The notes beneath the pieces were generated by a model. The model was not told where the DNA came from. It saw only the letters and a list, made by a program, of their open reading frames with translations, and searched no databases. The position numbers and the translations under genes were made by a program. A stretch of 64,000 nucleotides of DNA from Heptranchias perlo (lineage: Eukaryota): positions 13,144,001-13,208,000 of the forward strand of contig NC_090360.1 in NCBI RefSeq assembly GCF_035084215.1, in the 5' to 3' direction. Shown here piece by piece: positions 1 to 12,784 of this stretch; the first letter of the stretch is position 1, and each line of letters opens with the position of its first letter.

Positions 1-144
1 AAACTGACTGACCAGAGCTGCTACAAAAAATTAAAGGGGAACTTACCTAAAGCCAGAAGATTCCCAGGGCATTGGTAAGCTACCACATTAATTTTTTCTC
101 ACTTGTTGACTTCACCCATCCTGAATAAGCACTCTCTGCTTGCA

Positions 145-348
145 ATGGGTGCCACTATTGTTCATGTACTTTGCTTGGAGGGACATTTGGAGGAACAGGA
201 GCAGTACCAGCCTCAGCAACCAGAACAAGCAGCAGATGGGCCTGTTGGAACACAGCAGATGAAGAGGGCGGCCAGAGAGACCAGGGATCAGTTGAACAGA
301 ACAGAAGCTTTCTTGTTGACCTTCTCAATCTACTCACTTGAAGAGTGA
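145..348 (+). pseudogene. Possible internally deleted remnant of a PIF/Harbinger transposase
   Basis: MGATIV..EEQEQYQPQQP followed by RAARETRDQL resembles fused N- and C-termini of Harbinger transposases. It lies convergent to a Myb/SANT pseudogene. No DDE core is visible. Confidence 0.3.
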
Positions 349-496
349 CAAGAAGCCCCTCTGCATTAACAGTCCTTATTAGCCCCTTCACCACTTCCTT
401 CATTTTACATTAAAGAACAGTGAGATTGAATTTAAATCTTTTGACGCCCAAGTGCTCAAACCATAGTGCTTTTCTTAACACAAGGTTTCCTCACCT

Positions 497-622
497 AGGA
501 ACAGGAGTAGGCCATTCAGCCCCTTGAACCTGTTCTGCCATTATATTAGATCATGGCTAATATGTACCTCAACTCCATTTATCCGTCTTTGATCCATATC
601 CCTTGATACCCTACTACCCGAA
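497..622 (-). mobile_element. Short CR1 LINE 3' end fragment
   Basis: Near-identical to the CR1 3' terminus at 2378-2500 (taggaacagg..taggccattcagcccc..cctcaactccatttatcc). Confidence 0.75.
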
Positions 623-649
623 GGAGATGCTCTCCCAGTTGCTTCAGCA

Positions 650-2230
650 GTGCTGGTAGAAAGCTGATATTGCTCATACGTGGACCATTGAGGTGATTGT
701 GGCTGGTGACTCCTGGGTGCTTGAACTTGAGAGGGCCAAGCTGCAGACTGCTGCACTTCTGGGGCAGTCTAGCCCAGCTGGCATCTGGCACCGTACTGGT
801 TGAGGGGGTGGTGAGGGAGCAAACGTGCTGACATCCCGTGCCACTCCCACTCCTGTGGATCTGAGGCTTATCACTTCCACTGATTTGCAGGAGGACAGAC
901 TGCAGAAGATGAGTGACTCCTTGAAAGCCCCTATCCACTTGCTTCATCAATATCACCAAGGTAGCTGTCTGTCTAGCCAGAGCAGAGCTCAGGTTTGAGC
1001 CCAGAGTCTGCATAACAGTTGTTTGAGTTTCCACCAAAGCTCAAAGTGTGTGAACACTGATTCCTGTGGTGAGAGCCCGACTGCAGCGTCCCTGGAGGTG
1101 GCCACACTCCCCAAGGTAATGCCATGTGACATCGCACCACTCAGGCTGGAAGTGAACTCCACACTTTCAACCATAGTAGTGAAACTCCTTGGCAGTCTTT
1201 CCAATACCGGATATCACTCCTTGTGTGAAGCAAGCAGTTTTCTTCTCATTGCTGGGCCCATGAAGTCCATATCTCTGTCCTCCTTAGCAAAGCTGGGAGA
1301 GGACCTCGCCCTGCGATGAGCTGTTTCCTGGGCTGTCCCTGCCACCAGTACCTGCTGCTGCTCACTAGTGCTGGGTGTTTTACCACATGCAATCCCCTCT
1401 ACCTCACCCTCTAAGCCAGCTGCGGTGCCAATCTCTGTGCTGGTGCTTGGGAATGATGCAGTACATGACATTGCTTTCTCAGAATGATTCTCCTCCTCTG
1501 AGGTGTCATCAGAGGCTATTATTGCTGTGCAGGACCGAGAGAAAAAGAAGTTGGTATGGCATCGGGAGGCTGCACAATTGCAAAAGACGAGTATCACAAT
1601 TTAATTTAACGTTGTGAAGCTGGCTGGCTATGTGTTTTTCTAGTGCTTAATGAAGGGCTACAAGTACTTGGCAAAAACCCTGTTCAGTGAAGCCCCCAGC
1701 CTCGAATTGCCCGATGTGCACAGCTCTGACAGGCCCACAAATTTCCATGGCTAACCGCACCAGCTCACTCAGGATCATGAGTTTAGCCGGTAGTCCCCCA
1801 GTTGTGCTCCTCTCACAATTGTAGTGTACCGTTTTGTCCTGCAGGAAGAAAGAGCGAGAGTTAGTGAATGGATGCTGAAAAGAAGAGTGCAGGTGTGTGG
1901 GGCTTGTGCTGGTCGAGGGAAGGTAACTGTTCAGAGTGCTGGGGAGGGGGTTGAAGGAGTGCTGCCACGTGTTCTAGAGAGCGAAGGATAAATGAAGAGC
2001 AGTACTCGTCCTTGGTACTCTAGTGAGGTCCTTGAAGCGCGTCCTGCACTGTATCCAGGTCCTGGGGTTGAGACACCTGGAGCTGACGACCTCCGCAGTC
2101 TCTCTATGCCTGGTGATCATGTTTGTTAATCCTCCTGGTACTGCTGGTGAACAGGAGTTCCTTCCTTGCCCTCACCTCTTCCAGAAGCACCTCCAGTGAG
2201 GCTTCTGAGAACTTTGGCGCCTGCCTCCTA
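650..2230 (-). pseudogene. Degenerate, intron-containing Myb/SANT-like DNA-binding protein gene of a PIF/Harbinger DNA transposon
   Basis: Manual translation of the - strand. ~2230-2010 gives RQAPKFSEASLEVLLEEVRARKELLF...TAEVVSSRCLNPRTWIQCRTRFKDL (Myb/SANT of NAIF1/MSANTD type). After the acceptor ttcttcctgcag at 1839, the next exon gives DKTVHYNCERSTTGGLP (the TGGG motif). Ser/Thr-rich ORF pieces follow at 1214-1597, 989-1204 and 579-1037, with frameshifts and stops. Confidence 0.75.
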
Positions 2231-2377
2231 CTCTTTTCTCAGAGGATCCTTCTTCCACTACCGTGAAACAAGTCACAAGGCAAGGCAACCTCACTTTAAG
2301 AGGTGCATTCCCGCTTTAATTAAGCTTCAGGCCGACCCGCTGGAAATTACAGAATTGAGCGGTTTTCCCGTCTGGTC

Positions 2378-3200
2378 ATAGGAACAGGTGTAGGCCATTC
2401 AGCCCCTCGAGCCTGTTCCGCCATTCAATCAGATGATGGCTGATCTGTACCTCAACTCCATTTATCCACCCTTGCTCCATATCCCTTGATTCCCTTACCT
2501 AACAAAATCTATCGATCTCAGTCTTGAAAGTTTCAATTGATCCACCATCCACAGCCTTTTGAGGGAAGAGAGTTCCAGATTTCTACTACCCTTTGTCTGA
2601 AGAAGTGCTTCCTGATTTCACTGCTGAATGGCCTGGCTCTAATTTTAAGATTATACTCCCATGTTCTGAATTCCCCCACCAGAAGAAATAGTTTCTTTTT
2701 ATCTACTCTATTGAATCCTTTTATCATTTTAACACCTTGAGTAGATCACTCCTCAATCTTCTATATTCGAGGCAATACAAACCAAGTTTATGCAATCTGT
2801 CCTCATAATTTAACCTTTTAAGCTCTGGTGTCATTCTGATGAACTTGCGCTGTCAGCCCTCCAAGGCCAGTATATCCTTTTTGAAGTGCGATGCCCAAAA
2901 CTGAACACAGTACTTCAGATGGGGTTTGACCAAGGCTCTGTACAATGAAGCATTACTTCCTCCCTTTTGTATTCCAGCCCTCTTGAGATAAAGGCCAATG
3001 TTCCATTTCCTGCTTTGATTGCTTTTTCTACCTGGGCACTAGCTGTTAGTGATTTGTGAATATGGGCACCCAAATCTCTTCCACAATTTAGAAAATGCTC
3101 TGATTTCCCTTTCTTCCATCCAAAATGGATGACCTCACACTTCTCCACATTGAACTCACATTTGCCACAGTTTTTCCCACTTACTTAATTTGCCTATGTC
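2378..3200 (-). mobile_element. 5'-truncated CR1 LINE (RT C-terminus plus 3' UTR), apparently nested in the Harbinger element
   Basis: ORFs 2915-3148 (KCEVIHFG) and 2533-2727 (RKHFFRQRVVEIWNSLP) are typical of the CR1 ORF2 C-terminus. Confidence 0.9.
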
Positions 3201-3430
3201 AGCCAATTCAGTAGGAAACCCACCAGTCACATTATAATGAGACCTGGGAGTTAACATACCCCGGGCCTGTTCTCAGCAGGAACAGGTGAGTTTTGAACTC
3301 TCCTCGCTACTAACCGGCCCGGAGTTAAAGTTGTTCTTTTCTGTATTCTTTTGCTGTGCTTTTTGTTTTCTACATGAAAATGCCGCAAATAAAATTGTTT
3401 TAATACTTGCTTTTTCCTTTGCTGTTTCAG

Positions 3431-3737
3431 AGGCCACTCATACACAGGAAGAAGAGGGGCCGCAAGCGCCGGAGACATAACAGCAGTGTTACCACCGAGA
3501 CTATTTCTGAAACAACTGAGGTACTGCATGAAGCCTTTGAGAACTCTGATAACGAGGGGCAAATGCCCTGCTTGGAAGCTACTTGTGAGGAAGAGGAGAA
3601 CGATGAATATGATGAAGTAAAGAATTATTTCAGGCATCATTGTGGCAGTTTGGACTTAAAAAAGAAGAATCAGTCAGATGAGGGAGAAGAATGCTGCAAA
3701 AGTGCAGATGAAACTCCTGAGAAAGAACAGCATACAG
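3431..3737 (+). CDS. KAT6B: KAT6B (MORF/MYST4) penultimate coding exon
   Basis: Acceptor ctgtttcag|3431 (phase 0), donor 3737|gtacaa (phase 1). Encodes [32 protein letters not shown], matching the recalled human KAT6B [26 protein letters not shown]. The phase joins in frame to the exon at 7027. Confidence 0.93.
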
Positions 3738-4185
3738 GTACAAAACTATCATGACTAAGTGTTAACATAATTCTCCATATTCAGAATATTAATAACAAAG
3801 ACTTCAGGTTTTAAAAAAAGATTTAAAAGCTTTGAAGTAGCTTGTGGCAGTGAGAGAGAGGGCTGGGACTCTGGCACTTGGGACTTAAATGAAAAGGAAA
3901 GTGGAGGGGGAAAACTCCCCCGTTTAATTCATGTTTTGAAAGCAAACTTTTGGATGACATTCTAACTTTTCACTTCTGTTTTTGAACTGTATGGAAACCT
4001 ACTATTTTGGGTCTCTTTGTTTAGCTGATGTCAGCAAGCAGCTACATATAGAATCCCACAGATCAGCACCCAGACCAGTCCTGGTCAATCAGGAAGCAAC
4101 CCAATCAAAATCAATGCCAGCTGCATACACAGCAGAACTTGGCTACATTTGATGTTATTCAAAGCACTCTTTTTACTTCCTTCTT

Positions 4186-4290
4186 TATACACATATACAC
4201 ACATATACCTTCTCATACATACACACATATATCTATACATACATACACACCCCTCACATACACCCCTACGCACACGCACACACATACTAT
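4186..4290. repeat. Imperfect (CA/TA)n microsatellite
   Basis: tatacacatatacacacatatac...cacacgcacacacata. Confidence 0.85.
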
Positions 4291-4589
4291 ATACTAGCTT
4301 TCCTTCACCATTAAGAATCTATTACTATTTCCATCAGCTGCCAATTAAAATCAATCTTTGGACATACCACAAACCATTCCTGTCAGCACAAATAAGACCT
4401 TGAACCCTCTGCTGTTTGCTAGAGACTACAGTTTGGGGGTTGCATTTTTCACGTTTTCTGATTATATACAAAGATCTAGCCCTATTGGAATCTAAAGGAT
4501 CACCAAGTACTCAATCAAGCCAGGCTCAATACACTGTCTAATAGGCCAGAGTGGTCTTCCTGGAACCAGATATGGGGAAATGCCTCCAT

Positions 4590-4635
4590 GAAATTAAACT
4601 TGATGCACTATAGAAATTAAACTTGATGCACTATA
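4590..4635. repeat. Perfect 23-bp tandem duplication
   Basis: gaaattaaacttgatgcactata occurs twice in tandem. Confidence 0.9.
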
Positions 4636-4825
4636 GCCCAGTCAATATGCATGAGGAACATGCGCCAACCCACCTGCCCATGGAAATTCACAAACTAAAG
4701 TGATGCAGGCAAGAATGACCATTAACATACCTGCAAAGCAACACCATTCAGCAGAACCAGCCCACTGTGCCATCCGTACGCCACTATGTTAGGCTCGCTC
4801 CCCACCTCTGTGCATCTTACTGTGC

Positions 4826-5040
4826 ACAGTGTATACTGTACTAACAATGTATAAATGAATTGCAGTGTACACTGTACTCACAATGTATAGATGTATGACA
4901 GTGTACACTGAGCTAATAGTGTGTAAATGTATGACCATGTACATTGTACTAACATGTATAAATGTTTGATCATGTACACTGTGCTAACAATGTAGAGATG
5001 TATGACAGTGTGTACTGTGCTAACAATGTATAAATGTATG
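4826..5040. repeat. Minisatellite, ~6 copies of a 36-bp unit
   Basis: Consensus acagtgtacactgtgctaacaatgtataaatgtatg, contiguous copies with no spacers. Confidence 0.9.
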
Positions 5041-6335
5041 ACTGAATTGTAACTGTGAGTGGTTGCAATTTTAAAAAATAATGGGATTTGCAAAGGTCAA
5101 AATGATGGTCTGAAGAACAGTGCAGTACTGCAAGAAACGCAGTCAGGTCCATTTTTTTTAAAAGTTAATTCATTCTTCAAAAATGATTTTTTATAGAATT
5201 GATTTTAGATGCAATAGTTTTGTTCTTTTAGTGGATTTTCTCCCCCTTATATATCTGACAGTTTTGTCCCGTTTTGTGGTGGTGCGTTCAAAGATCTAAC
5301 ACATGGTGGAGCCGCATACAGTGCACCACGCGGTGGTAGGACATGGCTTTTCCACATGGTTCCCTCACAATCTGAATTCTAAATCGTAGTTTTGCCTCTG
5401 TGGGAAGGTGCTAAGCAGAGGCAAAGTGCTTTGCCATGGAGAGAGGAGAAATTGGAGGAAGAATCTATCTGGGCCACCATTGTCCACTTCTAAACCAGAT
5501 TAAAGAGGCATCAGAGACCTCTGTTTCATTTGGGTAGTATGATGTGGTGAGAAAGTGAAGAAAATACCTTTTTTAAAAAAAAGGTCTTTTCCTTGACCAA
5601 CCAAATATGCCAGTCCATATCCAAATATGTACAGTTTGAAATATCTTGTCCAGTAAACCCTGAGTTAGTTCAGTGGCATTGTCTCAGGCGTGTCCTCAGC
5701 CATGGCAGACACATGGGCCCCTGGAGCCCATAGGAACGGAGAAAATAGAGGAATTCACACCTTTGCCAAATGATTATTTTGATAGCTTAAATTTAACTAG
5801 CGATATAGAAGGAATGAAGCACTCAATAAATACATGAAATACCATCAGAATGTATCAAATAAATTCATGGATGTTATTTAGTCAGAGAAGACAAAATAAT
5901 GGTGACTGAACATATGATTTTGTACATTCTTTACATAAAAGAAATCGGTACAAATGTCAACTCCTGTTGAATGATATTCTTGGATGCTTTTAAAATGTTC
6001 ATTAGAGCTTGCATAATTGGCTACATGTACATCTTAAAAGAGAGTTATTACCTTACACATTATAACAAAACAAGCATTTATGGAAGTGAATACTGACTGC
6101 TTTTAGGTGTTTAGTTATTTTTATCTTGTCCTACTTAATGAAATATATTAATTTGCATTTGCATTGTATAGTACAGTACTTTTAATTATGTATAAGTATT
6201 CACCTCAGCCAAATATGACTTTCAGAAGCCCAAGAAGAATAATTACATTTGCATGTAATGCCAATGAACAAAAATATTTTTTTTCCTTTCTTTTTCCCCT
6301 TCCCTCCTTTTCTTGCGAAGGCATTGATCTGTTGG

Positions 6336-6580
6336 TGGGGTATGGTTTCATAGGACAGAGCAGCCTCTGGTACCTTACCCAAGAGAACCTGGACAGTAAC
6401 TCGACAGGCTATCGAATCACAGTGGAGGGCAGCACAACCAAGCGATTCCTGTCTTAACCCATGTCCATACCACACTTCCAGCAGAAGTCACTGGATAGTG
6501 ACCAAAAGCAAGAACCATGACCGGTCTTTTTTTCCTTCCCTAAATTGGGGACGCTGAGGATAGTATTGGTGCTCCCATGA
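6336..6580 (-). mobile_element. Ancient SINE fragment (AmnSINE2-like)
   Basis: Reverse complement is similar to the copies at 44196, 45860 and 59130. The family name comes from a recalled consensus. Confidence 0.45.
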
Positions 6581-7026
6581 CTTAGTCAACAAAAAATATA
6601 TTAAACAACCAAAATAGACAGATTCTTTGTAACTGATTTTAACAGGTCTGAATGGAGAGACTGCTTTACTTAATTTACTCCTTACTTTAGTTGGTGAACA
6701 TCATTTAGCTTCAGCAGAAGCATAATGAATTTAGTGAACCGTTCGTTAAACTTTTACACCATTAATTGAAGTTGCTGGTCCACTTTTACGTAAGCCACAT
6801 ATAAAAATTTATTTCTATGTGAAGCGTAAAACTTCACACAGTTATGGTTTACCTTTATCTGAGCATAAAGTACTTTTTCCAACAATGGATTGTTTTTGTT
6901 ATTCCTGCAAGTAATGCTTTATTTTAACTTACTACGTTAACATGAACTGTAGATATTTTAAGCACCGATGTTATTCAACTGGATAGCAGTAAACACTTAA
7001 AACAAGTTTCTTTTTTTCTTGCCCAG

Positions 7027-9455
7027 ATAAAGCAAATACTGATATCTCTTCAAAAGAGAACACTGAGGAAAACTCTGTTGATTCTGAGCCTATAGCAAGA
7101 GTTGTGAAACGCAAAAAAGGTTGGCCAAAAGGAGTGAAGCGTGGTCCAGCTAAATGGAGACGCAAAGCCGAGAATAAAACTGGTTTTAAACTCAACCTGT
7201 ACACGCCACCAGAAACTCCACTGGAGCCTGATCAACCGGTCACAACAGAGGAGAAGCAAGTAGTGACTGAGCAGCAAATTGTAGTTGAGAAGCACAATGA
7301 TACAGCCCCTGCAATAACAGAGGAGGATGAACTTGAAAATGAAGAAAAACCAGAATCCCCAGATAAATCTACCTGCAGATTGAGTGAGGAGAAGGAACCC
7401 GTGGAAGAACCAACTGAAAAAGAGCATGACCACGTCAATGGAGTTCCTGAAGATGAAACTGATAATCTTGAACATGAGGAAGAGGAAGATGAGGAAGAGG
7501 AAGCAAATCAAAATGAGGATCATGATGCAGATGATGAAGATGACAGTCACATGGAATGTACTGAGATGGAAAAAGAAAATCCAGAGGAAGTATTGAAAGA
7601 AGAGTCCCAAAGCCAAGAACCATTCTTAGAGTTAAATGTTCCAAGCAATAATACAGAACAGAAGGATGAGATGGATCATAGTGATGACCCTGTGCCAGAT
7701 TCTGATGAAGACCAAAACAATGATCATGAAAGGAATTCAGAGCACATACCAGATTCAGATGAAGATCACACAGATAACCAGAATCATAAGGACAATGGCA
7801 AGCAGACCCCAGAACTAACAGGGGGAAATGTAAATGCAGAACCTGACATAGAGACAGTCCAAGCTGTTCAATCATTAACACAAGAAAATGGTGAACAAGA
7901 AAATAGCGAGCAAGTAAATACATACCAGGACTGTGCAGAAACCATGGAGGCGTGTAGGAACCTGCAGAGTTACACACATACAGAGCAGAGCCCACAAATG
8001 ACCACAATGGATGACTGCCATCAGTCTGACCATAGCAGTCCTCTTTCATCTGTTCATTCTCATCCTAGCCAATCAGTTCGTTCTGTAAACAGCCCTAGTG
8101 TGCCTCCCATTGAGAACAATTATGCTCAGATCAGCCCTGATCAGAGTGGTATTTCTGCACCATCTTTACAGAATGTAGAGACCAGTCCAATGATGGATGT
8201 CCCTTCAGTTTCTGACCATTCACAACAGGTTGTGGACAGTGGCTTCAGTGACCTGGGCAGCATTGAGAGCACAACTGAAAACTATGAGAATCCAAGCAGC
8301 TATGATTCGACTATGGGAAGCAGCATTTGTGGCAACAACTCGACACAGAATAGTTGCTCTTACAGTAACATATCTTCCAGTAGCCTTACTCAAAGTAGTT
8401 GTGCAGTGACTCAGCAGATGACTAACATTAATGGTAGTTGTAGTATGATGCAGCAAAATAGTATCAACTCTCCACCAAACTGCAGTGTTAAATCTCCCCA
8501 AAATTGTATAATTGAAAGACCTCCCAGCAACAATCAACAGCAGCAACTGTCACAGTGCAGCATGACCACCAGTTTCGCACCAGCAATACAAATGACAGAC
8601 ATTCCAGAAACTGGTAACTCAACCATCAGCATCTATGAAAGGATGGGCCAGGGTGACTTTGGAACTGGGAGTTATTCCCAGCCATCTGCCAATTTCAGCC
8701 TGGCCAAACTACAACAGCTAACTAATACAATCATGGATCATCCATTGCCTTATAATCATTCAGCTGCTGTTACTTCCTATGCAACAAGTGTCTCCCTGTC
8801 CAACCCACACACGGGCCTTGTCCAACTTCCACAGTCGCCTCATTCCTTATCTGGGGGAGCCCAAGCACAACCTACAATGACTCCCCCACCTAATCTTACT
8901 CCTCCACCAATGAATCTGGCATCACCACTTCTACAGCGCAGTATGGCAGCCCCAAATATTGGAATCCCTCATACCCAAAGATTGCCAACACGAATGGCAG
9001 CCAAAGGCCACGTTGCCATACGTTCCAAGTCGGTGCCCGTACCACCTGCTGCTGCTCACCAGCAGCAGATCTATAGCCGTGCCTCACCAGCTGTGGCCAT
9101 GCAGCCAGCACCGCGGCCTCTGACCATGCAGCGGGGCATGAACATGGGTCTAATGCCAGCACCAACTTATAATGTCAATTCTATGAATATGAATACATTG
9201 AATGCTATGAATGGGTACAGGATGACTCAATCCATGATGAACAGTGGTTACCATGGAAATCCTGCATACATGAATCAAACTGCCCAGTACCCCATGCAAA
9301 TGCAAATGAGCATGATGGGAAGTCAGCCATACACCCAGCAACCGATGCAAAGTACTCCACATGGTAACATGATGTACACGCCCCCAGCTCACTACAGTCA
9401 CATCAACACTGGCATGTCTAAACAGCCTTTGAACGGCTCCTACATGAGGAGGTAG
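7027..9455 (+). CDS. KAT6B: KAT6B terminal coding exon (acidic region plus Ser/Met-rich transactivation domain)
   Basis: Acceptor tttttttcttgcccag|7027 in phase 1, in frame with ORF 7104-9455. Contains [62 protein letters not shown] and the C-terminus LNGSYMRR*, all characteristic of KAT6B. Confidence 0.97.
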
Positions 9456-10768
9456 ATTTTGCTGAGCATATAAGGTACTAAAAGGAAAATCTGCATAGCT
9501 GGAAGCAAATCCATCATATAAATAACTGGGTGTAGGGTGATCTACTTTCAAGACCAGCTATTTGGCTGAACTGTCATGATTAAAATAATTTTGAAGAAAT
9601 TATTAATGGCACTTTGCATTCAATCTGTTGACAGAAGGAAGCCTTATTTATTTTTTTTTAAGTCAAGTTGGGTGGGGATTGTTTTCATCTTTGTACATTC
9701 GTATTTTTCCTTTCTGTGTTTGGCCTGGACAGAGCACGTCTTCGAAAGAAGTATGGAAACTGAGGTAGTACATTCATGCGATAGAAACTTTAAATGTGCC
9801 TATTTGCCCATGGAAAGGATTTTGCAAGTTATAAAATAGTGAAGAAAAAAGCCCAAATGGCAGACAGCTTAACCATACCTGGAGCTGGGATTCTTTTGTT
9901 CCTTGGACTTCTGTTATTATACAATACAAGTATATTTGATTTTGTTAAGTTGATGCCTAATTCAGCAAGCAGAAGAACATCATTGGAGAATTTGTTTGTG
10001 ACAGTGTGTCCTTTAGTAAAACAAAAATGTGTTGTGTTTAACAGCAAGCCATTTGTTATGTTTTGCCTTTATTAGGTTTTACTAGCTTTGAAGTAAAATG
10101 AAAACTATATTTTTGTTAATTCTGAGACTGTAAAAAATTGTAAAAGCTAGACCTTGAGTTCATTTGGCAGTTTTGAAGAGGTTATTTGCAAAAATGTTTA
10201 GTGTATAATTGAAACATTTCTTTTTTTTGTAACTAATTTCTTTCCTTCAGTGAGGCAGCTTTCTGTTTTATAAATGCAAAGTATTCTGTTTGACAAATGA
10301 AGACACACATTCTGTTAACAGCATATCTGAATATTTGTACCTGTCAGTTTCATATAAAGCGTAGCTTTTTCTCAAATAATATCAGCAGCAAAAGTGCTGT
10401 CCAAGGGTAACTGTTCAGAGTTATGTTGGCCCAATGATAAACACCTTTAACTATTCATTGGCATTCCATCAGTAGATTTTTCTATCTTTAGAGAATATTG
10501 AAGTTATATTTTAAAAAAATCTTAGAACTGTAGTGTGTGAATAGACCAACATAAGCTTACAAAACGCATGTAAAAAGCAAAAGTATTTGTGTCTGTTTAT
10601 ATTGCTTACTTTTTGTAGCCTTTGTACTTGTACATGGTGACTGTAAGGACTGAGAGGAAAAAGCTGGATACATGTATAAAATAGGACACAAACAAGTGGG
10701 ACACCCTTGTATTTATCAGTTATCCTTCTAGTCAGTCACTTCAAAGGACGCTGTACATTTTAACATGG

Positions 10769-10774
10769 AATAAA
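10769..10774 (+). terminator. Candidate KAT6B polyadenylation signal (AATAAA), giving a ~1.3-kb 3' UTR
   Basis: AATAAA at the end of a repeat-free, AT-rich stretch after the stop codon. TE-derived sequence begins shortly downstream. Confidence 0.5.
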
Positions 10775-11079
10775 TTATGTTGAGCCATTTCCAGATTTCC
10801 TACGCTCTGAAATTTTGGAGAGTTATTGATAACTGTTCATTTTTTAAAAAATTCTTATTGGTAGATAACATCAGTTTTGGGAAAATGGCACTCAGAGTCT
10901 ACTGAATGATTACTGTTGGTCCAATCCTGCTGCTTTTTTGGGAAATCCTGTTTATGTAAATGGCACCTCATGGAAGACATCTCAAAGCACTTTACTGGGT
11001 GGGAAAATAGGGCACTAAGCAGGAGTGAAAAAGGGAAAACAAAACAAAACTTAGACCTTGGCCAAATCAAGGGTTTTTA

Positions 11080-11480
11080 TGAGACTTTTGAAAGCAGGAA
11101 GGGAAGTGCTGGCAAGCTTGGAGGATTTTAGTAGAAAGTTCTAGAAGACAGGGACAAAGTGCTGAGAGCAGTAACTGGTGGGTATTGAAAAGGGAGAGGG
11201 GAATGTGGAGTAAAATGGTGTGAGAGAAGGGAGAGTGCATGCAGCGATGTATAACTGGAGGAGCTTGCTGAGATCGGGTGATGCAAAGCCGTGGAGGGAT
11301 TTGAAAGCAAGGACAAGGATCTTGAAGGTGTGTTAAACCAGTAGAGCTTGACAAGGACCGGGGTGCTGGGAGTGCAAGCAAGACGTGGGCTGCAGCATTC
11401 TGAATGAGTTGTAATTTGTGGAAAGTAAAGGCAGAGGGGCTGGCTAGGAGAACTTGGAGAAATCAGCAGCAATGGAGTGC
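11080..11480 (-). mobile_element. Degenerate L2-type LINE fragment
   Basis: Similar to the L2 3' regions at 21590-22020 and 53325-54275 (atggagggatttgaaa..aagga..agga). Confidence 0.6.
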
Positions 11481-11614
11481 AGGGGAAACTTAGTACTGGA
11501 ACCAGGTTGATGCCAGTCTTGTTATTTTAAACCTCATTTGTGAAAGAAAAAGTGCCATTTATTTCTTTGTATATGTTGCATCAATGCTGCTGGAGAGATT
11601 TGATATATTACGAC

Positions 11615-12780
11615 TATTTCCACTGGAGCAGAGAAGGCTAAGAGGAGATTTAATATAGATTTTTAAAATTATAAAGGGTTTTGATGAGTGTGTAGGGAAA
11701 GACTATATTACTTTTGGCTGGGGTGTCAGCAACAAGGGATTCGTCAATTTAAAATTGTCCCTGAGCGTGTGAGAGGATAATAAAACTTTCTTTACACAAA
11801 GGATTGTTGGAGCATCAAATGCTTTGCCACAGTGATGGTTGAGGCTGAGACCATTGCAGCTTTTCAGCGAAAATTGAAAAATATTTGAAGCAAAGGAAGA
11901 TAGAGGGTTGGGGGATAAAGCAGGGCAGTGGGATTAGATTTAATTGCTGTAGCATAAGGTCGGCACAAACGCGATGGGTCACATGGCCTCCTTCTGCACC
12001 ATAAATGTCTGTGGTTCTGTAAATGTGGAGAAGAAAGTTCAATTTGAGGTTAAGCAGCTTAACTAGGTTCTACATCTCCAAAAACTTTAAGAGACAATAT
12101 TCCAGGACAAAATTAATTGGCACTTGGAAACGTATGGGCTAATAAATTAAAGTCAGCACAGTTTTGTTAAAGGATAATTGTGTTTGACTAATTTGATTGT
12201 TCTTTGATGAAGTAATGGAGAGGGTTGATGTGTATATGGACTTTCAAAAAGCATTTGATAAAGTACCAAGTGATAAATGTAAGCAGAATTAAAGCCCATA
12301 GGATTAAAGAGACAGTGGCAGCATGGATACAAAATTGGCTAAGGGACGGAAAGCAGAGTAATGGTGAACGATTGTTTTTCAGACTGGAGGGAAGTATACA
12401 GTAGTGTTCCCCAGGGGTTGGTATGAGGACCACTGCTCTTTTTGATATATTAATGACCTGGACTTGGGTGTATAGAGGGTATAATTTCAAAGTTTGTAGA
12501 TGACACAAAACTCGGAAATGTAGTAAACAATGTGGAGAATAATAATAGGACATACAGACTGGTGAAGTGGGCAGGCACATGGCAAATGAAATTTAACGCA
12601 GAGAAGTGTGAACTGATACATTTTGTTCGGAAGAATGAGGAGAGGCAATATAAACTAAATGGTACAATTTTAAAGGAGGTACAGGAACAGAGAAGTGGGA
12701 CTAATTGGATAGCTCTTTCAAAGAGCCAGCACAGGCATGATGGGCCAAATGGCCTCTTTCTGTGCTGTAACATACTATGA
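11615..12780 (+). mobile_element. Two tandem truncated CR1 LINE fragments (11615-12020 and 12080-12780)
   Basis: ggagcagagaaggctaagaggagattta; gatgtgtatatggactttcaaaaagcatttgataa (YMDFQKAFD); WQMKFNAEKCE; CR1 3' UTR ends. Confidence 0.85.
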
Positions 12781-12784
12781 TAAA

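Noticed and set aside
4826-5040. CRISPR-like array (36-bp palindromic repeats)
   Set aside because: Units are contiguous with no unique spacers, they are degenerate, there are no cas genes, and the context is a vertebrate intron.
7050-8049. Long antisense ORFs (188 aa hydrophobic; 204 aa His/Leu-rich) over KAT6B
   Set aside because: These are the expected shadow of GAA/GAT-rich acidic codons on the opposite strand, with no independent gene signals.
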